DNA from: Mytilus trossulus
Taxonomy: Eukaryota
Direction: 5' to 3'
Assembly: GCF_036588685.1 (NCBI RefSeq)
Contig: NC_086380.1
Span: 19,034,001 to 19,098,000 of the forward strand
Length of the DNA: 64,000 nucleotides
The notes beneath the pieces were generated by a model that worked only from the letters and a program-made list of their open reading frames with translations, made no database searches and had not been told where the DNA came from. Shown in pieces: positions 13,001 through 25,403 of the stretch (positions within the stretch are counted from its first letter, which is position 1; each line of letters opens with the position of its first letter). The translations under genes and the position numbers were made by a program.

Positions 13001-16000
13001 CTAAATGTTTGTATTGAACTTAGCACGCTTTAGAATGATATTTGGGCTAAACTACAAGGTAACAAGTCATTTCGTATATTGATCAGATTTATTATGTTAT
13101 TGTTTTTTTTCGATGGCTTTGTTCTTTAATTCACAATTGTTAATCGCCAGTTTGCAAAGAATACCGCTAACACCGGCGTTACAGATGAAGCCTCCTTAAA
13201 CCTTCAGTGATGTAAAAGTTGTTTTTGATCCATGTAAAATAATCACTGTGACTTTGCAATGAATAGTTTAATAAAAACGTGGTTTCCTTCTTTTTTTTCA
13301 GATATGAATTTACTAATTATGTGTTATATCTATCCTTCTTTTTTTACATTCAATTTCAAGTATTTTTATCAAGAGGGACTGAAAATATTGATCAGGTTTA
13401 AACAAAATCGATGCTTTTATTTTCAGCTGAGGTGTATGCAGCTTGGACAGAATACGGAGGCAAACATTATACAATAATCAAAGATAGTGTAGGACAACCA
13501 CTTGAAATGTCATGGTACCAGGCTGAAGATGAATGTAGAAAACAGGGTTTTGCTCTATTTTCTCCGAACAGGGATATAATGGATTGGGTTTCATCATTCT
13601 CGAAAGGTATATATCATGTATGCATTTATCTACCTTACATATTATATCAACGACTTCTGAAAATGTATTCTTCATGGCAAATATAAATTGATAAAAACGT
13701 GTTCTGCGTCTGTCATTAGTTAGACATTTGAAAAATACTGTCATTTGGATACAAAGTTCATTGAGACGATAACTTTCAGAGGTTGATAACAGTTTCACTT
13801 TGGTTGTATAGATTCTTTTAAAGAATTCGACTTCCAGAATGTGTTTTGTACCTTTTATTTTCTTTATAGCACTCGATCAGAATCAATACTCCAAACTATA
13901 CTTTGCTGTATGTAAGGACTGTTCTTAAATGCATTTTTTGTAATTAGTAACCACATAGCCAAAACTGTTTCCCCCGTTCGTGAATTTCTCATTGGTTCCT
14001 AGCTTTTCCATATGAATAATAGTAACTTTCGTTTTGGTATTATTTAATCTAAATAGAACCAAATTTCGGATAAAATCAATTAAAGAAGACAGCCCAATAA
14101 TAAATTTAACAAACAAATAAACGATAACAACAAAAAAAATATCTTGTTTGTCTAAACGTAGTGTATTTCATGCAAAAAATGTTTTTAACGTATGTGTCAT
14201 GGCTATTGTTTTGAACTACAGTATTTGTATCCTTATTTTTGATTTTGTTAGAACTTTACGCGAAAGCACTTTTGTGTGGATAGGACGAGACCAAAATGTT
14301 TAATAAAATATCAAATATGAAGAAAAAGGTATGTAATGTGCATTGAGAACAAAAGAGATGGTTTGGGTTACCATATTACCATGAAATATATATATAACAA
14401 GACGGGTAATAATAATTGTTCATTACTTGTATTCAGACTTTTATATTTGCATTATCTGACATCATGTTCTTTATAAGTTAAATAAAAAGACATAACGATC
14501 AGGTACAATTTTGTTTTCCCATTTGATTACAAAATCGTACATATATTCAGCACATCAACCAAACTACAATATTTCATTAAATCTCCAATCATATGCAGCT
14601 ACTTGCGATCAGAATATACTGAATAACCTTCTTTACATTTTAATCGACTTGGCTCTTTCAATATATACTGCAGAATTATCGCAGTGATTGTTTTAACTAT
14701 GAATTCTATTTCAGCAATGAACTTTCACGGGCGTGGATTGGTATAAGTGATATCTATGTAGAGGAACGATGGTTTTGGTGAAACGGAACACCATTGTATC
14801 CAAGCGAATTTGCGTGGTTAACAGGTAGTTAGAGAGTTTAATGTCAATATGTTTTAACCTAATAAATGCAAACTGGTCCCAGTCTCAGTTGCAGTGAGTA
14901 CATGAGATCTCAATTTAATTTAAAAATATGGTCATCTCTAATCGAGTCAATTGTAGCTAACTACAAGTATGTAACTAGTGTCATACTGCCAAGCATAAGA
15001 ATGATGAATGCGTAAGTAATGACACATCTAAGACTATACGAAATGAGTGGTTTTCTCAATTGCAGTAGACAAATAGGTTTTCAATTAGATGAAGCTTTTC
15101 TACTTTTCAAGCGTTTTTTGTTAAATATCACAGTTATCTTTTCCTACCAATATATATACCTTTCCTAAAATTATATAGAATTTGTTTCATACTCCTCAAA
15201 ACCAATGCAAAGAAAACCCATTGAAATGTCTCCTGTTATCTCATACAACCAACTTGTTTCCGTTAAGTTATCCGTGGATATTTTTACTCCTTATGTCAAA
15301 TGAATGTAACCATAGACATTGCAGATTTAAGTTATAGACAATGAATTAAATCTACCTATAATATGAAATCAATTTGAATAGTTATGCGTAATAAAAGAAA
15401 CGTTAGAATAACTCCATTTCTCTGTTCAAATACTAATCTGGAGCAAAACTTTTGTTCTGCCTTTATCTTTATACAACGTATAACGTATAATGTAGATTAT
15501 TTTACCAGAATACAATGCGAAGCTTTGTTGTGCAATGTGCAATAGTATAGTCGACTTCAACGTTTTGCAATTTAATGCATTTTGCGACTATGCACCGATT
15601 TTTTATGATCTTCGTCTATCCCCCCGTTTGCTTACAACCAATTTTACAAATACACATAACATTATAAAGTGGGACTCGAGTAACAATCACGAATATTATC
15701 AACTTCTTTTAGAACACTTTTGACGCTCGTAAATTACTTATCCAGCGAAGACGATTTGAATGATGCTGTAAGGCAGATAAGTTTTGTTTTGTATGACAAT
15801 GCATTTAAAGTATTTGGGGAAACCATATTCGTGAACAATTCTAAAAATGTGAACAAACATACTAATGAATGGTTTAATGCGAACTATGCCCTTGAACGTC
15901 GAAAATTTAATTCATCCCGCTATTTGTACCAACGTCTTTCTACAGACACAAATCGACATTTATATATTTTAGCCCGCAATAGTTACAGTAAGGCTGAACG

Positions 16001-16955
16001 TGTAGCTCGAGCCAGTTTCAAACGTGCTAAAAGACTTGAACTTTGCAAAATAGCTAAAACAAACCCACGACAATTTTGGTCAACAGTTAAGCCGCGAAAG
16101 AAATCAAAATGTTTGGCAGATAGTGATTTGTTGTTGCGTCACTTTGAACAATTGTTGGAGGAAGACCCTCCAGAATTATGTGAAGAAGTTATTGGTCTAA
16201 TTGAAAATAGCTCGTTTTTAGACACTATTACAATAGACTCTTTAGATAACGAAATCTTGGAAGATGACATTATACGTGCTATAGATAAACTTAAATCTGC
16301 AAAGTCTGCTGGGAATGATTCCGATATTACCGAAATGTTGTCGTCGAATCCAGTTTTCTTCGCTCCTATTTTTAAAACTCTCTCCAAATATATGTTTCAA
16401 AACGGCTTTTTTCCTGATCCGTGGTCTGAAGGCACAGTAATAGCGGTTCCAAAACGTGTTGACTTAACAAACCCGAATAATTATCGGCCTATAATTTTAG
16501 TGAGTATTTTATCAAAACTGTTTACATCGATATTAACCGAACGACTACTTGGCTGGGCTGAGGATGAGAAAAAAATATAGATAATCAGTTTGGTTTTCGA
16601 CCTTATCGCTCTACTGTAGATGATATAGTTGTACTCCATGGTATAATAATACCTGTTCTACAACATAAATCGAAATTATATTGCGCATTCGTCGATTTTC
16701 GGAAGAATGTATTCGACAAGGTTATCAGAAGAATTCTATTTTACAAGCTACTAAAGAGTGGAATAAGTACGAAATTTGTTTCAATTATAAAGTCAGTTTA
16801 TGAAACTGTTCGTTTGAGAATTCGCAATGAGGGTGAATTTTCAGCGGCTTTTGACAATTTCTTGGGAATGAAACAATGTGAGCCATTATCACCTCTGTTA
16901 TTTCTATTCTTTGTGAATGACATTATCCAAGATATTCCTATGGACAATGACAATG

Positions 16956-17292
16956 CCTCTGCTGGTGGGCGTTTCGTCCCCGAGGGTATCACCAGCCCAG
17001 TAGTCAGCACTTCGGTGTTGACATGAATATCAATTATGTGGTCGTTTTTATAATTTCCTGTTTACAAAACTTTGATTTTTTCGAAAAACTAAGGATTTTC
17101 TTATCCAAGGCATAGATTACCTTAGCCGTATTTGGCACAATTTTTTGGAATTTTGGATCCTCAATGTTTACAATTTTGTATTAATTTTGTTTGGTTTATA
17201 ACTTTTTCGATATGAGCGTCACTGATGAGTCTTATTTAGACGAAACGCGCGTCTGGCGTACTAAATTATAATCCTGATACCTTTGATAACTA
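16956..17292 (+). mobile_element. ~340-bp retrozyme monomer (family 1) inserted in the LINE RT
   Basis: Splits the LINE frame (..PMDNDN | VFTINNYLFYLILFADD). Flanked by ATGACAATG/ATAACAATG. Contains a hammerhead; homologous to 44018-44370. Confidence 0.85.
17216..17259 (+). ncRNA. Type I hammerhead ribozyme
   Basis: GCGUCA-CUGAUGA-GUCU(UAUUU)AGAC-GAAA-CGCGCG-UC^-UGGCGU; predicted cleavage after C17253. Confidence 0.9.
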
Positions 17293-18190
17293 ATAACAAT
17301 GTCTTTACTATCAATAACTATCTCTTTTATTTAATTTTGTTTGCTGACGATACCGTCCTGTTTGGAAAATCCGCCGAAACATTACAAGTCTTACTAGAAA
17401 AACTTTCATTTTATTGTAAAAAGTGGATTATATCTGTTAATACCTACAAGACAAAAGTAGTCGTTTTTAGAAATGGTTGGCAACCTGTTAATAACCGCTT
17501 TTTCTTTGACAATCAGGAGCTGGAAATTCTAAACTCCTATGTATACTTCGGCACGTTACTTCATTTCAATGGAAAGTTCTTGCAATCACAGAAGAAGATT
17601 TCTCAGCAAGGATCTAGGGCACTTTCTTCCTTATTCAACACTCTCCAGCGAGTGTATATTAAACATAGTCAAGCTTGTTTCTTGTTAAACTTAACTATGC
17701 ATCTGAAATTTGCGGATTTCATCGAGCCAATGAAACTGAAGTCGTTCATTATCGTCTTTGTCGTTTTATATTAAAGCTTGGTAAAACTGTACTAATCACC
17801 TTTTTGTGTGGTGAACTTGGTTATCTACCTATGTTCATTTTAAGGAAACATAGAGTTATAAAGTTTTGGTTGCATATACTATATGATAAATCTAATATTG
17901 TATATGATATTTATAATCTCATGTGCCTTGATGCCTTAAATGGCAATAGAAACTGACTATCACATGTTCGTGATTTATTATGTAGTCTAGGTATGAATTA
18001 TGTATGGAATGATCAAGAGAACACAATTGTTGCATTTGAATATATAAAATGTCGTATAAATGATCAAGAGAACCAGAACTAGTTTACTACTTTGAACGGT
18101 TATGAAAAATTGTGTTTATATAGAAAAATGAAAAATTAGTTTTGTTTAGAAGATTACTTAAAGTAAGATTTTAATAGTAATATACTGACT

Positions 18191-18522
18191 GAAAAGGGGA
18201 GAATGTTTGGATCCATTAAAACGTTAAATTCCGCTGCAAATGTTTGCAACTGTCCTAAGTCAGGAATCTGATGTACAGTAGTTGTCGTTTGTTTATGTTA
18301 TGTATACGTGTTTCTCGTTTCTCGATTTTTTATATAGATTAGACCGTTGGTTTTCACGTTTGAATTTTACAATAGTAATGTTGGGGCCATTTATAACTTG
18401 TTGTTCGGTGTGAGCCAAGCATCCGTGTTGAAGGCCTTACATTGACCTATGGTTTACTTTTTTTAATTGTTATTTGGATGGAGAGTTGACTCATTAGCAC
18501 TCACACCACATCTTCCTATATC
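18191..18522 (+). mobile_element. Short interspersed repeat inserted in the LINE 3' region
   Basis: Flanked by TACTGACT/TACAGACT. Its 3' part recurs at 40588-40775 and, inverted, at ~25310-25405. The LINE frame resumes after it (LRSGTLKLNIEVGR). Confidence 0.65.
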
Positions 18523-20179
18523 TACAGACTACGTAGTGGAACATTAAAACTAAATATTGAAGTTGGTCGTTTTGACAACATTGTAAGAGAAAACCGTATA
18601 TGTACAATTTTTTCTTGTATGTCCTGCCTTTAGATCATTGACACTACAGTTTTTACCAAAATATTATTGTTCATTGCCAACTAATAGAAAACTGTTATTT
18701 CTTTTACAGGTTAGATCAAAGAGTCTAACTAAACAATTGTGTAAATTTCTTAATGCGGCATGAAAGTTGAGATCACAAATAATCATTGAATAGCAGTTGT
18801 TATTATATAATTATATATGCTTATTATTACCATATTGTGTTGTTCTCTGTTTGTTTATTGTCATTATTGTAATTGTATATTATGTTATTTTGCTATAGCA
18901 TTATGTTTGCTTCTGCAATAAAATATATTTATTCATTCATTCATTGTTCACTTGTTTGATTATTTTTATCATCCATATCATTCATTTGTATTCTATCAGT
19001 GCCATGATTAAATGCGATTAATCTGATTTCAACTTAAACAGACGTCATGCCTACAATTTAATTCCTTTGAAAGGCTGTTTACTGACCAATATTTTCATTA
19101 TAAGTCTGAGGAGTGTTCGACTAAACTTTAACTCAAATCAGACAAAAAATATTCCATAGCATTTCTTTTCTAATAAAGCAATTTGAAAATGTAAGTGACC
19201 CAGGCTTTTGCTGATGGTCAGGTAGTTCTTTACATAATTAAGGAACAAGTAATTTTTACTTGTTCATTCTTTTTTATAATCAACATTACAACAGAAGAAC
19301 ACCATATCCACAAATTAGTTGAAACAGGCCTGTTTACTAAACATGATTGGTCATTAGCACACAATAAACTCCTTACAAAAAAACAAAGTGCGGATCAAGG
19401 AGATATTGCGATAAACAAAAGCTAGTCAATTTCAAGTACAAACCATGTACAATCATAAACTCATCGTGTTATATTCAATTAAATGCCTTTTCTGAATCTT
19501 CATGTTACAGTTTTCCCTTGTATTGCTACTTTTTTTCTTATTTTCTCCCCATCTAAAGGTTTCTAAACTTATTGTTTTACAAAAATATTGTTTAAGCGAT
19601 ACACACTATGTGTGTTTCTTGTTTGGTTGCTGGCATTTTGATGTATATAACATGTTCATAGAACCGATACTATATAAAAGAGACGGCATATACCACATGT
19701 ACCATGGACACTGAAACTCAAATTGAGAAAAACTGACAAAACCACAAAATTCAATGAAAAGACAAACACGCTCACAAAACACTTCAAAGTTTCGGATGAA
19801 ACGGAAAAAAATATGTACAGAAAATAAGAATAATGTCAAGAATATGTTTGCTTAGGTCAAACATACCTCTTTAGGTCAATTTTGGAGCCCTTTCCGAGAT
19901 TGTTGTAGTTACAAGATGTACGTGTAACAGAACATGAATTCACATTTATGTTTTAATAGGAGAACCAAATGATGTTTATTCAAATGAAAAATGTGGAGAA
20001 ACATATGTAACCGGGTGAAATGATTTGGATTGTACTATAGAACTACCAGTGGTATGTCAAATAGGTTAGTAAAAAATAACCGACCGTGCAAGGGCTGTAT
20101 AGCCAGTCCAGGTCGTTTAAAAAAATTATTTGTTGTACGTTAGTAAGATTAGAGGTCTCTAGATTTCAATCATATACCT

Positions 20180-21545
20180 CTAAAAGAGGGACGAAAGATA
20201 CCAAAGTGACAGTCAAACTCATAAATCTAATACAAACTGACAACACCATGGCTAAAAATGAAAAAGAAAAAAGAAAAACAATAGTACACATGACACAACA
20301 TAGAAAACTAAAGAATAAACAACACGAACCCCAACAAAAACTAGGGGTGATCTCAGGTGCTCCGGAAGGGTAAGCAGATCCTGCTCCAAATGCGGCACCC
20401 GTCGTGTTGCTTCTGTGATTACAAATCCGATAAATAGTCTTATTCGTTAGGTCAAATTCATGAAAGGAAAGGGGATTGTAGTTACGACGTAAGGAACATA
20501 TCCGATATCATTTGTGAAACGGTTATTCCATAACGGTCAACCTACTCGTGATGGCGTCCGTAAAATTTACGAAGGGTTGATTTCAACTTCACCATTTGGA
20601 ACTCTTGGTTTAATAGCTTCCTTGTGAGCAGTAACCCTCTTTCAATAAAATCATGATAGGAAATGCAAAAACGGGAATATCGTATCAATTCGGAGATATA
20701 TACCCCGTATGCAGGTGATGCTGGAATGTTGCTACTAAGAAATGGAGAGTTCACAATTGGAAAGCTGAAATCATCTCTTTTTGGCGTTTTTGGCGTATTG
20801 AATTTTAAACCTGATGCTTTTTGTTATCTATTAATTATGTTTTTCTTTGTCTAATATGTTCTCCTAGTTACTTGTTTTGTATTCCTGTAATATTATGTTG
20901 TCATTTCAATGTTATATTTAACTTTGCCATTTAAGTGCGAGGTTTGGCATGCCATAAAACCAGGTTCAACCAACCACTTTTATTCCCCTTTAAAAGTGTC
21001 CTGTACCAAGTCAGGAAGATGGCCATTGTTATAATATTGTTCGTTTATGTGTGTGTTACATTTTAACGTTGAGTCGTTTGTGTTTTCTCTTATTTTTGAG
21101 ATATTGAGATAAGACGTGGCACGGTACTTGTCTATCCCAAATTCATGTATTTGGTTTTCATGTTATATTTGTTATTCTCGTGGTGTTTTGTCTGTTGCTT
21201 TGTCCGTTTCGGTGTTGTGTCGTTGTTCTCCTCTTATATTTAATGCGTTTCCCTCGGTTTTAGTTTTTACCCCGAATTTGTTTTTTGTCCCTGGATTTAT
21301 GAGTTTTGAACAGCGGTATACTACTGTTGCCTTTATTTGTCGTAAAGTGTTGTCTTCAACCGATCCTCAATGTCAATTTCTAGATGTAAGTCAAGATATG
21401 AAGCCGACTTAACTGTATCTGTAGTATCCTTTATCTCCAATTCGATGGGATAGATGCGTTCCACGTAGTCACCAAATTTTGAATTGTTTAGTGAAAGAGC
21501 GTCATATATATAGCAAAAAGTAGAGTTAATGGATATTAAATGATT
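20180..21545 (-). mobile_element. Penelope-like element family A, 3' part (end of RT/thumb), split by an insertion at ~20781-21336
   Basis: IYPIELEIKDTTDTVKSASYLDLHLEID...LKT.LYDK / PFLSSNIPASPAYGVYISELIRYSR...KLLNQEF...KFYGRH. Confidence 0.8.
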
Positions 21546-23756
21546 CGGGAAAATGAGACGGACATAACAGATAAGACAATTTGAAATGACGAACATGTGC
21601 TTAACACAAAGACAACTGTGTAGATAACCCGTGTAATAATGGTGGATCGTGCAGTAACAGTATTTAGAATGACAATGTTAGGTGTGATTGTTATGATAGA
21701 TATGAAGGGATTACATGCGAAAGAGGTATATTGATCTAGTGTGCAGCAATCATACGTCTATATATATAAAAATGTATATGTATATTTGAAAATCATTAGA
21801 AAATACATCTTTGTCTATAGCTATGAAGTATTTCAACATAAACACAACTACAAACGGCACATATTCTAAGTATGGACAAAAATTGAAGTATTGAGTATTT
21901 TAGACAAAATATTTATTTAACACTAAATCTATTATAACATGTCAAATATTAATAACTCCTGTAAGGTGTTTATACGCATATATCAATTGAAACCACTTGA
22001 CTCTTCTTTACAAATAGAATTCGATGAAAAATATTTAATTGATTTGAGAATAAGAAACGGAAAGAATGACATTGAAATTGCTTTATTGAGTGGCATCTAA
22101 AGGTTTTAATTCATTTCATGTTCGAAAGTTGTAGGCCCTCAGCTGATTTAATGTTCATCGAGAAGTTTTGATGATTACTTAGATGCTTTTAAACAATTTA
22201 CACGCTTACCGATTGGTCTAGATGATTTCAAAGATGCTTGTATCACTTAAAACTTTAATGCTACTGTAGTTTTCGACTTTTACAAACATACAAATTTATC
22301 ATCATTAACATCAGCCATTCAGTCAATTACAAAAGGTGGAGGACCTACTTACACTGTTCATGCTTTACGAAAAGCAAGAGAGGTAAGTAACTCGTTTTGA
22401 TATACTAGTATATCAAAATTATATATATACTGCGCATGCTATCCGTCCGATAATTCAAAGTTGACACATCCTCACAAAAACTAAGGTTCAAATTCTGCTG
22501 AGTGTAGACCTAAATTTAGCTAGTGTTCATTTGTAGACATAGCAATGTTGTCATAATTGTAGACGTTAGGCCTTGAATATAAGCGTATATTCTAAGATTT
22601 GTGCAGGATACAGACAGTTATTAGGAAATAACAATTATATACGAGCAAGATGTAAAAGATTCATATTGACAAACATTTCGGCTCGACAAATGACCTTTTT
22701 AGTGTCAATATTTTTGTCAAAGGCAATACAACATGTACAATAACTGTTCATATGTAAACTTACCCCACTATGTTGATGTTGATGTTATCTGACAAGTTGC
22801 ATCTAATAAAGAGTTCAATACTATAATAACGTGGCTGCGCACTAAGTATACATTTTACTGATTTGTTTTTGTGTATGTTTTTGAGATTCTCAATTCAAAG
22901 CTTAAGTATCAATATGGCAACACTCCGCCCACTTATATTTAGTAGTTTCTTTGAGGCGATTCGATAACATACTTATAAAGAACTGAATATAATGTGAAGA
23001 CCAAACAATGACAATTTTCAAAGTGTTTTTTTCTTTTCTTTTCAAGTCTATTACAGTCTTGTTTGTTGTATATTCTGTTTGATGAATTCAGTGGTGTACG
23101 ACCTTATGCCAAAACATTTATTATTCTACTGTACGATAGTGTATCATCTGATAGACACACAGCCTTTACTGTTGCCAAACTACTACATAGAAGTACTATT
23201 GTTACAGCTGTAGGTAAAGGTAACTCTGTAGGTCATAGTGACTTGGAAAACATTGCATCAGATGCAGACCATGCATTTACATACCTCCATGAAGAAGATT
23301 TTTGCAACAGGCTGTTGAAGGACACTGTTGACGAAGATTTGGTGCAGGTAGGAGTATTATCATTCCAACTGATATATTTCAAAAAATGTTAAAAAATGGC
23401 TTCTGATATAAGAATAAGAATATTAGATATGATTGCCAATGAAACAACTCTCCTAACGAGGACACGTTGCACATGGTGTAGAAATTATCAACTACAAGTC
23501 GCTGTTTGTCCTTAAACTATGAGCAAAGTTCATACTGCATAGTCAGCTATAGACGTCACAAAAATAACTAGAATGAGAACTAACGGCCTAATTGATGTTC
23601 AAAAAAGAAAAACAAACAATCAAACACTAACTTAATCTAGATATTTGCATACTCGCAGTTACTGATAGCTACAGAAGTCAAAAACAGCTTGAATAAAATT
23701 TAATCAATTAAAATTTATTTAGTTTTGCGTACTGAAACATACTCTTCGATTAAAAT

Positions 23757-23980
23757 AGTTCTCAAAGGTACCATGATTATAATTTAATACGCCAGAAGCG
23801 CATTTCGTCTACATAAGACTCATCAGTGACTAAAATAGTTATAAAGCCAAACAAGTACGTATACAAAGTTGAAGAAATTGTGCCAAATACGGCTAAGATA
23901 ATCTATTCCTGTGATAAGAAAATCCTTAGATTTTCGAACAATTAAAAGTTTTGTAACAGAAAAATTATAAAACTGTTAAT
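23757..23980 (-). mobile_element. Degenerate family-1 retrozyme copy (hammerhead 23789-23830 with mutated stem III)
   Basis: ACGCCAGAAGCGCATTTCGTCTACATAAGACTCATCAGTGAC, with downstream sequence homologous to 44018-44370. Confidence 0.75.
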
Positions 23981-25403
23981 TAAAAAAACAAAATTCTGAA
24001 ATATAGGTTTTCGAACAGCGGAATATTGCTGTTTCTTTATTAATAGAACACTATGTATGTTAGAATGAAATTTTCAGTTTGCAGCAAAAACCATGTCAGT
24101 GAAAAGTTACAATAAAAAGAAAGCTTTTGCAGATAATCAAATTCAAACAAACGAATTCCACAGAGTCATGTGTTACGATGTTTGCCATGCACCGGCCAAT
24201 ATTCGAATTTGATGTGATGAGAATATGAAGTTATCTAGCTTTTTCAATCCCTATACTTACTGGTATTACGTTATCAATACAGTTCTTTCAAGTCTTCCAC
24301 AATTGTAACCTTACTATAAATGTTATAGTTTTTTATTTATATTGTATTAAAGTTTTTAGTTTCAAGTATCTAACAGATGAAATAGTAATATCTGTGTCAC
24401 TTTTAGTTTTATATTTTATTGTAGATTGCGTCCATCATTCCAGCGTTGAAATTATGATAGTGTTTGATGCACAATTTGACGACTTCATGGATCCAAAACA
24501 AGCATTAGGACAAATTATAATCATTTTAACTTCATTTAGATTTAAAGAAAACATGACCATAGGGGTTGTTGCGGATTCATCAAATCCAAAATTCATTTTT
24601 ACAACGTGTTGGTCAAAAAATTTAACTAAGGACAAACTTATTTCTGCCGCATTTACGGTTGACCAAGAAAAAACTGACAATTTGGAGATGCATCGATTAC
24701 TTGACTTTGTCATACAAAATGGGTTTTCAAACAAATCGTGTAGTTCAGATGATGCCAGTAAAATTATCTTAATTATATCAAATGGCCAATAGAGTAACAT
24801 TGCAAAGATGAAAGAGATTGTAACAGCATTGCATGCTGTCAATATAGAAGTTTATGGTATTGCATCGTCTTACAATATTTCATCGGAATCATTCCAGCTC
24901 GTTCTTGTGGATGGAAGTAACTTGATTTACATCAAAGAACAAAATGATGCATTAAAATATTGTCACCTATAATAAACCGACATATATGTTCTGAGGATGT
25001 TTTCAAGAAAAGATCTTAGTAAAATAAATGAATAGCATACTTTAGATTTAAATCTATATCTCAAGATAAAATCTGATTAAAGAAGAAGATTATCTATAAC
25101 TTATCGAGAAGATTAAAAAGATATATTTTAAAGAATTACTGTTTGCAAAAGTATAAATTGTCCAAAATACTTAGGTTTTTCTTATTCCAGGCAGATAACT
25201 TTAGTCGTATTTGGCACTTCTTTTTGGAATTTTCGGTCATTTTTTAGGCACTTTCCGTCATTTTCGGTCAAGGGAAAGTCACAATGTGTAGAATGTTAAC
25301 AATATGAAGTCAAAGAAAGGTTTTCTACATGGAGCATACGACATCAAACTGCAAGCTATAAGGGGCTCATAAACGACTGGCGTTAAAAATTGTAACAGGA
25401 AAA

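Larger units (their letters stand above)
15520..18946 (+). mobile_element. 5'-truncated, defective CR1/L2-group LINE (end of APE domain, RT, C-terminal domain)
   Basis: PNNYRPIILVSILSKLF, NQFGFRPYRST.D, LYCAFVDFRK..FD, G.KQ.EPLSPLLF, LFADD, GELGYLP, L.IEVGR. AATAAA and an (ATTC)n tail at 18917-18946. Interrupted by two insertions. Confidence 0.9.
11433..25019 (+). pseudogene. Secreted C-type lectin + two vWA domains, multi-exon pseudogene
   Basis: Exons: 11433-11481 (signal MEMFQIVYSGFFLTIT), 13427-13606 (W..Y...Y...MSWYQAEDEC), 14252-14328 and 14715-14824 (WIG exons), 19960-20064 (EPN...C...*NDLDC...VCQ), ~22129-22382, ~23072-23347 and 24425-25019 (vWA: GGPTYT..AL..A, GVRP.A...ILL.D, AVG.G....LENIAS). 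Stops at 14779, 20016, 22248 and 24790; phase mismatch after exon 2; AATAAA at 25023. Confidence 0.75.
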
